DNA from: Promethearchaeota archaeon
GTDB taxonomy: Archaea > Asgardarchaeota > Lokiarchaeia > Sigyniarchaeales > SOKP01
Assembly: GCA_016840165.1 (NCBI GenBank)
Contig: JAEOSU010000018.1
Span: 28,902-92,901, forward strand
Length of the DNA stretch: 64,000 nucleotides
Direction of reading: 5' to 3'
Both the position numbers and the translations under genes were made by a program. A model generated the notes under the pieces. The model was not told the origin of the DNA, did no database searches, and was given only the letters and a program-made list of their open reading frames with translations. Positions 17,771 through 28,053 of the stretch are shown piece after piece. Each line of letters begins with the position of its first letter. Within the stretch, counting starts at the first letter, position 1.

Positions 17771-18669
17771 AATACTTTTTTTAAAGGGGAACGTTCAGAA
17801 ATATTTTTTCGAAGGATTCTTTTACGATAATAGGCATTAACCGCAGCAATCAACGATTGAGCAGGGATTACACACTTTGCAAATTTTACTGGGCCAAAAA
17901 GAACAAAATCTCCTCCAGAATTGATGCAATATGACATTAAAGAGGCGATTGCTCCACATCTGGGTGATTCACCATACTTTTTTACATAATTCCATGCAAA
18001 TATTGCATTTGCGGGGGCAAATCCCGCGGGTAATCCTAATTTTGTCTTAATCATTCTCACAGTTTCAGCATTAATACTAATGGATGGCAAATCTAATACT
18101 GCCGTATCAATCATGATATTTGTAATTCCCGCTTTTTTAGCTTTAGGAATTAAGCTTTCTTCTAAGAACTTTATTTTTTGATCAGGATAAATATATTTAT
18201 TTCCAAATGTTAATAATACAGCGTACTTAACTCCATAAGATTTTAATTTCTGCAACGTTTCGTCATTAGTTGCTTGGTCTATACTATTTAATACTGCTCG
18301 ATCGAGTAAACCAATCTCACCTAATCTTTTTAACGCAGGAATACGAGAACTGTCATTTAATCCATCAACGAGAAAAGGATAATCGACTAAGTCCGCAACA
18401 ATCTCACATTCTCTAATTAATGCTTCAGGATATCCCCCAACTATATCTATCATCCCTTGCATATCAGTATCTTCGATGATCTCCGTGTATTCATTTAACT
18501 CTTTCTCAAGTAATTCTATATCGATATTTCCTGTCTTTTCATCCAATAATGCTGCATGTTTAGTGTAAAAAACGGTTGCGACCATAACGGGAGGATTTTC
18601 TCCTGGCTGACCTCCAATCTTTGTACCAGCTATATTAATTACTTCTTGTTCTTTTTCATATTCTAACAT
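17767..18669 (-). CDS. mtrH: MtrH-like methyltransferase (tetrahydromethanopterin S-methyltransferase subunit H family), stand-alone
   Basis: KIGGQPGENP, AVLNSI, IDTAVLD, PAGFAPANA and GDFVLFGP. Confidence 0.85.
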   Translation of the reverse strand: MLEYEKEQEVINIAGTKIGGQPGENPPVMVATVFYTKHAALLDEKTGNIDIELLEKELNEYTEIIEDTDMQGMIDIVGGYPEALIRECEIVADLVDYPFLVDGLNDSSRIPALKRLGEIGLLDRAVLNSIDQATNDETLQKLKSYGVKYAVLLTFGNKYIYPDQKIKFLEESLIPKAKKAGITNIMIDTAVLDLPSISINAETVRMIKTKLGLPAGFAPANAIFAWNYVKKYGESPRCGAIASLMSYCINSGGDFVLFGPVKFAKCVIPAQSLIAAVNAYYRKRILRKNISERSPLKKVF

Positions 18670-18744
18670 TTTTTATCATTAATTCTTCTTAATACCTTGA
18701 TTAGCTTTTAGCTTAACTTTTAAATAAAGGTTTGTGTTTAAAAT

Positions 18745-19806
18745 TTAGGATTTATCTTTAGATTTGAGTTTCTGCTTAATCAATGTTCCAGTATAAATTA
18801 TTGATATTATGAATTCAGGTATCCATTTATGTAAAAGTAATATAATAATTGCAGCTATAAAGGAGCTTGCGGCTGAAATTGAAACATGTATACTTTCCCA
18901 TGGATATCCGATATAATACAAATATATTTGAATTAGCATACGAATAATATTGACTACATAAAATATAATCGATGATACGATCAATGATTTTGCCTTGCGC
19001 CATATAATATTTTTGTTAGTTTGCTTATCTTGTGAATGGGGTATGAATAAAATCAATCCAGCGAAGACACAAATAGCTTGAATCCCAGTGCAAAAAGTCT
19101 CAAAATAAATACTTGGCTTATCTGGTATTAAAAAACTCCAATAATATTTACCAACCGGATTGTAAACTGCTTGTGCTCCCATATTGAAAAATGTATTAAG
19201 AAGATATACTGTCTGCTTTACAACAACTTCATGAAGCCAATAGTTTACCTCTAAATCAAAGAAAAGATAAATTAAATAAGAGACTAATGGGGTTCCAATG
19301 GCAAAAATTATTAATGAATTTTTTTTAAAAATATAATTTTTATTTTCAAATTCGATGGAGAGAGACTTTTTTGCCTTAGAATCACTTAGTGAGGGTTCAA
19401 GAGTTTTACTTAATTCTTCTTTTCCATTTATATCGCGAAAATTGTGATTTACTAAAATGTAGATAAAGACAATCAATAACGGAATCATTACTATCCCAAA
19501 ATTGTATTTCGAAATAGATTCCATAACTGAAATTGAAAAGCCGATGAAATATGAAAAAATTAAATTCAAGCTCAAATAGATGATATTCTTCATTTTTATG
19601 TTTAGACTGAACGATTTAGGAAAGGAATAAGTTATAAATAAAAGATGTAAGATGGAAAGTACAATCATTAAAATTATAAAAACGAGATTTATTCCTTCAA
19701 CAGAAGATATAGAGTAAATCCCAAAGAAAAAAGCGATAATTAATTGTAAGGAAAGACCAATGAAAGTTAAGTATTGATTTTTTAAGTTTAATCTCATGAT
19801 TGACAA
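18745..19806 (-). CDS. Archaeosortase/exosortase family protein with extra N-terminal TM segment
   Basis: Multi-TM; catalytic-type motifs FETFCTGIQA (Cys), VNIIRM (Arg) and WESIH (His). Confidence 0.8.
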   Translation of the reverse strand: MSIMRLNLKNQYLTFIGLSLQLIIAFFFGIYSISSVEGINLVFIILMIVLSILHLLFITYSFPKSFSLNIKMKNIIYLSLNLIFSYFIGFSISVMESISKYNFGIVMIPLLIVFIYILVNHNFRDINGKEELSKTLEPSLSDSKAKKSLSIEFENKNYIFKKNSLIIFAIGTPLVSYLIYLFFDLEVNYWLHEVVVKQTVYLLNTFFNMGAQAVYNPVGKYYWSFLIPDKPSIYFETFCTGIQAICVFAGLILFIPHSQDKQTNKNIIWRKAKSLIVSSIIFYVVNIIRMLIQIYLYYIGYPWESIHVSISAASSFIAAIIILLLHKWIPEFIISIIYTGTLIKQKLKSKDKS

Positions 19807-20047
19807 TTCTAATTTTCTTTCATTAGAAAAAGTATTAGTTTTTATAAAATTTTATGAACTATATTTTTATTCATTATATCTTCTTATTCTAAGCTTTAAA
19901 AGGCTATAATGTAAAACAGTTGTAGAAGGGCATTATATAGCGTCGGTAAGATTCAGAAGTATTAAATAAGAAGGTATCCTATTAAGATAATGTTATTTAG
20001 GAAAAGAATATAAACATTTAGAAATCTATGGAGTAGCATGAATTACA

Positions 20048-20626
20048 GTGAGTAAAGGGAAAAATAGTTTAACTTATACTATACAAAATATTGTTGTTAG
20101 GTTGAGTTTAAATTGTAATCTAAATTTAGAGAAAATTGAAGATCGTTTTAAAAACTGTTCTTATAATCCAAATAACTTTCCAGGACTTTTTCTACGAATA
20201 AAAGCCCCTAAATCAGTCTTAATTATCTTTAATAGCGGAAAAATCATTTTAACAGGGATTAAACTATTCCAAGATATTGATTACATTTTAGAATATTTGA
20301 TTTCTCAATTCCATCGAGAAAAAATTGTTCAAGTTGATCTAATAAAGAACAATTTTGATGTCAAAGTTGTCAATATTGTTATTACTGCAGACTTAAATAA
20401 TAAAATCGATTTAGATTTAGCTTCATTGTCATTAAAAAATGCTATTTATGATCCAGAAGTCTTTCCAGGATTGATCTACAAACATGATGATCATATAAAA
20501 GGCACCTTCCTAATTTTTAGTACCGGAAAGTTAGTATTTACAGGTATAGCTCAAGAAAGTCTAATAGAGCCCTCTTTAATAAGTCTTGGGCGATTACTTA
20601 AAACTATGGACCTTTTTAAACAGTGA
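20048..20626 (+). CDS. tbp: TATA-box binding protein (divergent)
   Basis: Two TBP repeats: IQNIVV...YNPNNFPGL...IFNSGKIILTG and VNIVIT...YDPEVFPGLIY...IFSTGKLVFTG. GTG start. Confidence 0.9.
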   Translation: MSKGKNSLTYTIQNIVVRLSLNCNLNLEKIEDRFKNCSYNPNNFPGLFLRIKAPKSVLIIFNSGKIILTGIKLFQDIDYILEYLISQFHREKIVQVDLIKNNFDVKVVNIVITADLNNKIDLDLASLSLKNAIYDPEVFPGLIYKHDDHIKGTFLIFSTGKLVFTGIAQESLIEPSLISLGRLLKTMDLFKQ

Positions 20627-20742
20627 TTATCGAATTTAAAACCTTAATATCATAAGGGTAAAATTTTTTTTTAATTGATAATTCATTACTTTGAAAAAAC
20701 CATCTTATATGAATAATATGGACAATATAAAATCTTGAGTGC

Positions 20743-21480
20743 ATGAATATGTCTGAAAATAATAAAGAAAATCAAGATGATGTAATTAATGAAGAGGAAG
20801 AAGATTCTCATCAAGATGAGGAACCTAAAGAGGCTGAAGAATCAACCACAAAAGCTAAATTTACATTTAAGTGTACTCGTTGCGATGCTTGTTGCCTTTC
20901 GCGAGGTCCCATACCAATTACTTTTTATGATTTAGAATTATGGGCTAAAAACGGTGTAATCGCTAATTTTCTTCCCTATTTAGATATATATAACAAACCA
21001 GATGGCAGCATCGATCTGATAATGAAACCACTTCCTCCCAAACCCAAAGAAGGAGAAGAATCAAAGAGAGATCCATTTAGTCCTGTTCCAATCGAAGAAT
21101 TATTAGAAGAGAAATGCCCTTTATATAATAAAGAGAAGAAAGAGTGTTTAGTATATCAGAATAGGCCTCTTAGCTGTCGAACTTATCCGCTTGAGTATGA
21201 TGGGAAAAATTTTACAATAGTCGATGTTGATTGCCCTGGTTTAAACGAAGAAGGAATGACCAAAGAAGAATTAAAAGAGATGAGAGATACAGCAAAAAGA
21301 ATGTTCTATGAATTGACACGCATGCGAATTACTATACCCGTTTTAAATCAATTAATTACTCAAAAAGTTATGATCGATTTGATGCGACAGAATATGGAGG
21401 CAATGAGCAAAATGTCAGATGAAGACCGAGCAAAATTGGACGAAATCTTTAAGAAGGATCAAGAAGTTCCTGAAGAATAA
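20743..21480 (+). CDS. YkgJ/CxxCxxCC family cysteine-cluster protein
   Basis: FKCTRCDACC, CPLY, C.VYQNRPLSCRTYP and CPG; acidic N-terminal tail. Confidence 0.85.
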   Translation: MNMSENNKENQDDVINEEEEDSHQDEEPKEAEESTTKAKFTFKCTRCDACCLSRGPIPITFYDLELWAKNGVIANFLPYLDIYNKPDGSIDLIMKPLPPKPKEGEESKRDPFSPVPIEELLEEKCPLYNKEKKECLVYQNRPLSCRTYPLEYDGKNFTIVDVDCPGLNEEGMTKEELKEMRDTAKRMFYELTRMRITIPVLNQLITQKVMIDLMRQNMEAMSKMSDEDRAKLDEIFKKDQEVPEE

Positions 21481-21607
21481 ATTTTCTTTCATTTTTCCTA
21501 TTCCTATTTTTTTATTATTAAATGATTTAAATGGGACAACGTTATTTCAGCTTACAATGTAGCACCCGTTTGATTTGATTTAGATATAAGATATAATTGT
21601 GATAGAT

Positions 21608-21626
21608 TGGTTCCAATTAGGAACCA
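21608..21626. terminator. Short hairpin between convergent genes (possible terminator/stabiliser)
   Basis: TGGTTCC-AATTA-GGAACCA, a 7-bp stem 3 nt past the stop of 21630-21941. Confidence 0.3.
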
Positions 21627-21629
21627 TTT

Positions 21630-21941
21630 TCACTTTTTATCTAGCATGGTCAAATTTTGTGAATAGTATTTGGCAATTCTCCTGGTTTTTACAACTGTAT
21701 AAATGCTTAGTGCGAGAAATACTGCAATTATCCCTAAAGGTGGTCCAATCGTTAACATCATCATAATGAAATCTCCGAAATCAAAAAATGGTGATGTAAT
21801 AATCATAATAAGGTACGTATAAATAAATGAGAATAGCGTATAAGATGTTAAGATAACGCTTATTAGAGCTATGACAAAAATCCATACCGATTGTTTTTGT
21901 GTTATATTAAACCCAAACCATGTTTCATTCTCTCTACTCAT
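21630..21941 (-). CDS. Small hypothetical membrane protein
   Basis: 103 aa with 2 hydrophobic segments; purine-rich GAGAGTGA upstream. Confidence 0.65.
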   Translation of the reverse strand: MSRENETWFGFNITQKQSVWIFVIALISVILTSYTLFSFIYTYLIMIITSPFFDFGDFIMMMLTIGPPLGIIAVFLALSIYTVVKTRRIAKYYSQNLTMLDKK

Positions 21942-22153
21942 TTTATCACTCTCTATTAAAAATGGATTTTAATATCAAAAATTTAACTTAGGTTAATAAA
22001 GGTTATTGTCTTCATATTATATCTGAAAAGCACATTTTTAATCACTTCTGGATAGAAAATGCATGAATTTAAAAATTTAAATTAAAGTTATTTCTACCTA
22101 ACTTTATTTTTCTGCCCGAAAGACTTTATAATATCATTATCTTAGAACTAATT

Positions 22154-22678
22154 ATGGATGAATTAGTGGTAGATGGCTCGAGAATTAAGTTAGCCAAAGG
22201 AGATATTACCGATTTAGACACAGATGTAATAGTCAACGCGGCAAATGCTCAACTTATTATGGGGGGCGGCGTTGCTGGAGCGATACGACGCAAAGGAGGA
22301 CCAAAGATACAAGAAGAGTGCAATAAAATCGGTGGTACTCATGTTGGAGGTGCCGTGATTACTACTGGTGGAAATTTAAAAGCTAAATATGTAATTCATG
22401 CTGTAGGTCCCCGTATGGGAGAGGGAAATGAGGATGAGAAGTTGAAAAATGCAACTCTTAATAGTCTTAAATTAATGGACGAGAAAAAACTCAAAACGAT
22501 TGCATTTCCCGCTATTTCCACGGGTATATTCGGTTACCCTATTGAAAAATGTGCTGAAATTATGATCGCAACCAGTAAAGAATATTTATCTGCTGATACA
22601 CAGATTCAGGAAGTAATTTTTTGTTTATATTCAAAAAATGATTATGATGTTTTTAAAAAAGAATTAAATTTATATTAA
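22154..22678 (+). CDS. Macrodomain protein (O-acetyl-ADP-ribose deacetylase / ADP-ribosylhydrolase, MacroD type)
   Basis: GDIT, IVNAAN, GGGVAGAI, VIHAVGP and AFPAISTGIFGYP. Confidence 0.95.
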   Translation: MDELVVDGSRIKLAKGDITDLDTDVIVNAANAQLIMGGGVAGAIRRKGGPKIQEECNKIGGTHVGGAVITTGGNLKAKYVIHAVGPRMGEGNEDEKLKNATLNSLKLMDEKKLKTIAFPAISTGIFGYPIEKCAEIMIATSKEYLSADTQIQEVIFCLYSKNDYDVFKKELNLY

Positions 22679-22697
22679 TAAAAATTTATGGACTGCT

Positions 22698-23318
22698 ATG
22701 TCTGAATTAGCAAAGAAATTAACTGAAAAAATCTATAAGAAAATAAATTTTAAACCTAGACTTAAAGTTGATATTGGCGAAAAAGTTAAATTCTATTTCA
22801 GTATCATTGGATGGATAATTATCATTGGTTGTGTTTACTATTGGATTCATTTCTTTATCATAGTACGAATGTATGAACCACTTGTATATACAACTTATTT
22901 AAGCTTAATTTTAATTGGGTTGACTTCTATCTTCAGGTTTGAATCAGTCTTATTAAACTCTATTTCTTGTATTACTTTCTATGGATTCATTAATATCGCT
23001 ATATTTATGATTTCTCAAGTAAACGATTTATTTAGTTTAATTGTTGGGCCAGTTCTTCATCTGTCGATTGCTGTATTCCAGTTATTTATTATTTTTCACC
23101 CAAAGATTCCAATAAGTAAACAGTATCTATTATGGAGCTTCTTGCTATTCCTAATTTTTACGAGTAGTTATGACAGTTTTCAACGTTGGGACGTTATTAC
23201 TGGTTTGTATGATATCGTGCCAACCTCTTTTACCGAGGTTTATTCATTCTATATGCTGATATTTTCAGTTCTTGGAATTTACCTTTATAAGAGAAAATTT
23301 GGAATTTTAGTCAAATAA
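22698..23318 (+). CDS. Hypothetical polytopic membrane protein
   Basis: About 6 hydrophobic helices; 19 nt downstream of the macrodomain gene. Confidence 0.7.
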   Translation: MSELAKKLTEKIYKKINFKPRLKVDIGEKVKFYFSIIGWIIIIGCVYYWIHFFIIVRMYEPLVYTTYLSLILIGLTSIFRFESVLLNSISCITFYGFINIAIFMISQVNDLFSLIVGPVLHLSIAVFQLFIIFHPKIPISKQYLLWSFLLFLIFTSSYDSFQRWDVITGLYDIVPTSFTEVYSFYMLIFSVLGIYLYKRKFGILVK

Positions 23319-23438
23319 TTAATTAGCTAATAGATCTGAAAAGAACTTTATAGGAATGCATACTTTTTTTTTTGTAGTTTAATTATTTTTAAGAAATTCT
23401 CATTATTTAATTAACAAACAATATTAGCATGCTTTAAT

Positions 23439-26351
23439 ATGGAGCCAAGAAAATACGAATATATCCGATTTTTTGAAGAAGTTCGAAGAGAAGATGTTCC
23501 AATTGTCGGAGGGAAAAATGCTTCTCTCGGAGAATTGCTCTCTTTTGGAATTCCTGTACCTTTGGGTTTTGCAGTTACAGCAAAGGCTTTTGATTATGTA
23601 TTAGATACTAACTTCTTTACAATTAAAGAAGAAGAGGTCTCTCTGCGAGAACTCATATCTCGTGATATAAAGCGTATTTCAAATCAGCTAATGGAAGAAG
23701 ATATAAAAGCGATTGAAGAGGTTGACAAGTTATGCGCAAATATACGATATATTATAGAAAAAGCTAAAATTCCCGATAGTTTGAGAGATGAAATTTTAGA
23801 AGCATATCATAAATTAATCGATCACATTGGGGAAGAAACCACTTTTGCCATACGGAGCTCAGCAACCGCGGAAGATTTACCTGACGCTTCATTTGCAGGC
23901 CAGCAAGATACACATTTAAACATCTCTGGAGAGAAAGATGTTTTAGATTATATTTTAAAAGATATGGCATCTGTTTTCACTACCAGAGCAACGATGTACA
24001 GAGAGAGAGCGGGATTTGATCATTTTGCTGTAAAATTAAGTGTGGGCGTTCAGGAAATGGCTGGAGGAAAAGATGGAGTTAAAGCTTCCGGCGTAATGTT
24101 TTCAGAGGACCCAGACTCAGGTAATCCAAACGTTGTCGTCATTAGAGGAACTTGGGGCCTTGGAGAGTTGATTGTACAAGGAGTTGAAAAAGGTGACGAG
24201 TTCATCGTTTTTAAACACGGACCTCAATTACAAATAATCAGTAAAAGCCTCGTGAAAAAGGAGAAAACAATGATTTTCGATATTGAGAAAGGTGGGACGA
24301 TTACAAAACCCGTAGAAAAAGCTAATCAGAAGAAATTTTGCTTAAATGAACAACAAGTAAAGTTATTAGCTGAATTTGCCACCAAAATACGCGAACATTA
24401 TGGAGTACCAATGGATGTCGAATGGGCATTAGGAAATAATGGTAAAATCTATATAGTACAAGCTCGACCAGAAACAGTTCATTCTCAAAAAGGAGATACA
24501 GAGGAGATATTTTATCTATTAGAAGATGCAACTAAACTTATATCGGAAAATTATTTAATTGATAATTCTGGCACAGCAATCGGACGAAGAATTGGATATG
24601 GAAAAGTTAAAGTCATTGAATCGATTAATGAAGCCCATCTTCTTGAAGAAGGCGATATATTAATCACAGAGGAGACGAACCCAGATTGGACGAGTTATAT
24701 GGCAAATCTTGGAGGTGTAGTGACGGAGCGCGGAGGTCCCACTTGCCACGCGGCTATCGTTTCCAGAGAACTTAATATTGCATCAATTGTTGGTGCTGAT
24801 AATATTATAGAGCTTATTAAAGAAAAGATACGAGAATCCAACCTTCAAACAATTACAATTGACTGTAGTGAAGGCGAACCGCGCATCTGGGCAAAAGAGG
24901 TCGAATATGATTATGATACAATCGAATTTTCAAAGCTTCCTAAAACCAAAACGAAAGTTCTAGTGAATTTGGGAATCCCTAAAGGTGCTCTTAGTTCAGG
25001 AAAGCATCCTGATGGAACTGGGTTGGCACGTTTAGAATTCATCATAAATGATGAGATTCAAATCCATCCGAATGCCTTAATCGATTTCGATGCCTTACTT
25101 ATGAGATATGATATTTTATTAGAACAAAGAAAAAAAATCGAAAATATAAAAAAAAGTGATCTCCACTATAAAGATCCCTTTAACGAAGAGATTAAACGTT
25201 TAAGGCTCACTATTGACAAAATTAGAGAACTAACAGAAGGTTATGATGATAAAGTCGACTTTTACATACAAAAGTTGGCGGAGGGTATAGCAACTATCGC
25301 AGCAGGCGTATGGAAAAAATTACCAGATGGTGAGATAGCTCCATGTGTCGTTCGATTGTCTGACTTTAAAACAAATGAATATGAAAACCTCATTGGCGGT
25401 TGGTTTTATGAAAGTGATGAAAATAATCCGATGCTCGGCTTCCGAGGGGCCTCACGTTACTGTTCTAACGATTTCCAGAACGCTTTTATCTTAGAGTTAA
25501 AAGCAATTAAAAAGGCTAGGGAATGGGGCTTGATTAATATCATTCCAATGGTTCCATTTTTACGGACTCCAGAAGAGGGCATTCATATTGAGCAGATAAT
25601 GAGATCACAAGATTTAATTCGAGGTCAAAATGGATTAAAGGTCTATTGTATGGCAGAAATTCCCTCAAATATATTCCTAGCGGATATTTTCTGTAAAACA
25701 TTTGATGGGTTTTCAATAGGGAGCAATGATTTAACTCAATTAATTTACGGAGCTGGAAGAGATAACGAAAAACTGATTACACTTTCACGAAATTACAATT
25801 ATATAACGAATAGTGAAGCAATTAGAAGAGCAGTCTCCCATCTTATTAAAGTCGCCCATGAAAACAATAGAAAGGTCGGAATTTGTGGACAAGCACCGAG
25901 TGATGATCCCGATTTTCTCCGATTTCTAGTGAGGGAAGGAATTGACTCAATTTCTCTTAACTTTGATACTTTTGCTCGAGGAAGGATCAATACGTGGAGG
26001 ACTGAAATTATTGAAAACAAGTTAAGTGAAGATAATAAAGAATTAGCATATACTTTTCTAAGCCAATGCGATGATTTAATTGAGAAACTACGAATTCCAC
26101 GTGGTAAATTAAGGAATCTTGCTCGAAAGAAAAGAAAGAAAATTTCAGAAACATTAGATATTAATGTTTCCAAATTTGATGAGATATTTGAAAATACGAC
26201 AAGGATCTCAAATGAATTTGTGCAGAATATTAACTCTGGCAAATTTAAAAATTTTAATAATCTCTATAATGAATATCACGAACAATTACAGTCATATGAT
26301 AAACTGGTTCCTCAATTGATGAAAAGTATTCGTGAATTTGGTATTTTTTAA
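23439..26351 (+). CDS. ppsA: Phosphoenolpyruvate synthase (pyruvate, water dikinase)
   Basis: VGGKNASLGE, RSSATAEDLPDASFAGQQDT, QARPETV, phospho-His GGPTCHAAIVSRE, ENNPMLGFRGA, FSIGSNDLTQ and GICGQ. Confidence 0.95.
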   Translation: MEPRKYEYIRFFEEVRREDVPIVGGKNASLGELLSFGIPVPLGFAVTAKAFDYVLDTNFFTIKEEEVSLRELISRDIKRISNQLMEEDIKAIEEVDKLCANIRYIIEKAKIPDSLRDEILEAYHKLIDHIGEETTFAIRSSATAEDLPDASFAGQQDTHLNISGEKDVLDYILKDMASVFTTRATMYRERAGFDHFAVKLSVGVQEMAGGKDGVKASGVMFSEDPDSGNPNVVVIRGTWGLGELIVQGVEKGDEFIVFKHGPQLQIISKSLVKKEKTMIFDIEKGGTITKPVEKANQKKFCLNEQQVKLLAEFATKIREHYGVPMDVEWALGNNGKIYIVQARPETVHSQKGDTEEIFYLLEDATKLISENYLIDNSGTAIGRRIGYGKVKVIESINEAHLLEEGDILITEETNPDWTSYMANLGGVVTERGGPTCHAAIVSRELNIASIVGADNIIELIKEKIRESNLQTITIDCSEGEPRIWAKEVEYDYDTIEFSKLPKTKTKVLVNLGIPKGALSSGKHPDGTGLARLEFIINDEIQIHPNALIDFDALLMRYDILLEQRKKIENIKKSDLHYKDPFNEEIKRLRLTIDKIRELTEGYDDKVDFYIQKLAEGIATIAAGVWKKLPDGEIAPCVVRLSDFKTNEYENLIGGWFYESDENNPMLGFRGASRYCSNDFQNAFILELKAIKKAREWGLINIIPMVPFLRTPEEGIHIEQIMRSQDLIRGQNGLKVYCMAEIPSNIFLADIFCKTFDGFSIGSNDLTQLIYGAGRDNEKLITLSRNYNYITNSEAIRRAVSHLIKVAHENNRKVGICGQAPSDDPDFLRFLVREGIDSISLNFDTFARGRINTWRTEIIENKLSEDNKELAYTFLSQCDDLIEKLRIPRGKLRNLARKKRKKISETLDINVSKFDEIFENTTRISNEFVQNINSGKFKNFNNLYNEYHEQLQSYDKLVPQLMKSIREFGIF

Positions 26352-26485
26352 GGAATTTCTCATAAATTAGCTAAAACGAAAAGCTACTAAGTATAGAAAA
26401 ACAATAAAATTATATTTTATTCACTATTCATTAAATCATTCCTACTTACTATATTTCTGTAAATTTGTTATTTGGTGAATTTATC

Positions 26486-26767
26486 ATGAGCCATGAAAAA
26501 GAATTTACTGCCCTGGTTTTAGACACATTTGGAAAGGTTGAACAATTACTTAATGGAATGATCAATGATCGTTCAGTCCCTCGCAACATAAAACGAATTG
26601 CTCAGAGAGGGATTGATGAACTCAAAAAAAAGGATGATTCTCCTGCTGTTCATGCGAGTAATGTAATGTATATGGTTGATGATTTATCTCTTGATCCAAA
26701 TATTCCATTTCATCAAAGAACAACGATTTATAGAATTTTATCGTTATTAGAAAAAATAAAGGATTAA
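26486..26767 (+). CDS. UPF0147 family protein
   Basis: DRSVPRNIKR and DPNIPFHQRT.IY signature. ATG at 26486 follows GGTGA. Confidence 0.85.
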   Translation: MSHEKEFTALVLDTFGKVEQLLNGMINDRSVPRNIKRIAQRGIDELKKKDDSPAVHASNVMYMVDDLSLDPNIPFHQRTTIYRILSLLEKIKD

Positions 26768-26944
26768 ATTACTCTTTATTTTAAAATTTGTACTAGAACT
26801 TATTTTAAATAATATGTATTAAATAAGTATTAATAAGATATTCCTTCCTATTTTAAACAAACAAAATTTAAATTAGAAAATGATAATATAATCTACAAAT
26901 ATAAAGATTATATGAAATCTACAAACCAGTATATATTCAGCTAA

Positions 26945-27988
26945 ATGATAAACCAAGATATTATTACCGCTGTGTTGTATATCCAATTAGATGATGAAGT
27001 AGGTCCTAATCCCGTTGTAACTCTTCCTAAGGATTTTGCTAATGTAAATAAGATGCATGTCAGTATTAAAGTGATTACGGTACTTTCGGGAGAACATGGT
27101 AATGTTCCAAAAAAATTGGTCATTCTACCGTTTCCTTCTCTAAAATTAAAAGGAATTATTAAATATATTAAGTGGGACGATCCTAAACGAAGAGGAGGCA
27201 TTGGTCAGGCAGCAATAGCCATTTTATTTGAGGATATAAACGATGTTATCTTTTACAAATATTTTGAACAATTGAGCGACTCTTTCGAGGAAATAGGAAA
27301 AATCTTTAGAAATTTGGAAGAAAATAGATCTAAATTGGAAGAAATCGAAAAAGAAGTTAAGAATTTAATTAATAGAATCAAAACAGTACTTAATGAGCTA
27401 CGGATTGATGAAACATCTCAATCTGAATCAAAAGAATTTCCAAAACTTAAACTTAAAGATTCAACAATGATAGATTATAAATTCAAAATCATTGTGTTAG
27501 GAGATCCGGGAGTGGGAAAAACCTCGCTTATATTAAGATACACTGATAACGCTTTTCGAAGAAGTTATATTCCTACCTTAGGGGTGCACGTTAGTGATAA
27601 GATCTTTAAAATAGATGATGCCGTTGTTCAACTTGTAATCTGGGATTTAGCAGGACAACAAAAATTCGATACAATGCGTCATCAATTCTATGTTGGTTCT
27701 GATGGTTTTATTTTGGTATTTGATTTGACTAATCTCAATTCTTTTGAGAATTTATCTAACTGGTTTCTAGATATACAAAATCAATTCAAGGATCAAACTA
27801 ACTTAATGGGTTATGTTATCGGAAATAAATGTGATTTAAGAGAGCAAGTTAAAATTAAATCGGAAAATGCAAAAGAATTAGCCTCTTATCTAAACCTTAA
27901 CTTTATTGAAACATCAGCTTTATCTGGTTTAAATGTTAATAAAGTTTTTACACAATTAGCAAAATCTTTATATACTTCATTTACTTAA
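26945..27988 (+). CDS. Longin/uDENN - Rab-like small GTPase fusion
   Basis: N-terminal LDDEVGPNP and DDPKRRGG; GTPase motifs GDPGVGKTS, YIPTLG, WDLAGQ, GNKCD and ETSA. Confidence 0.9.
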   Translation: MINQDIITAVLYIQLDDEVGPNPVVTLPKDFANVNKMHVSIKVITVLSGEHGNVPKKLVILPFPSLKLKGIIKYIKWDDPKRRGGIGQAAIAILFEDINDVIFYKYFEQLSDSFEEIGKIFRNLEENRSKLEEIEKEVKNLINRIKTVLNELRIDETSQSESKEFPKLKLKDSTMIDYKFKIIVLGDPGVGKTSLILRYTDNAFRRSYIPTLGVHVSDKIFKIDDAVVQLVIWDLAGQQKFDTMRHQFYVGSDGFILVFDLTNLNSFENLSNWFLDIQNQFKDQTNLMGYVIGNKCDLREQVKIKSENAKELASYLNLNFIETSALSGLNVNKVFTQLAKSLYTSFT

Positions 27989-28053
27989 AATTCCTTGATT
28001 CTATGATTATACTAATCGTTAGAAATAAAAAATTTTTGAGAATATAAAAAATT

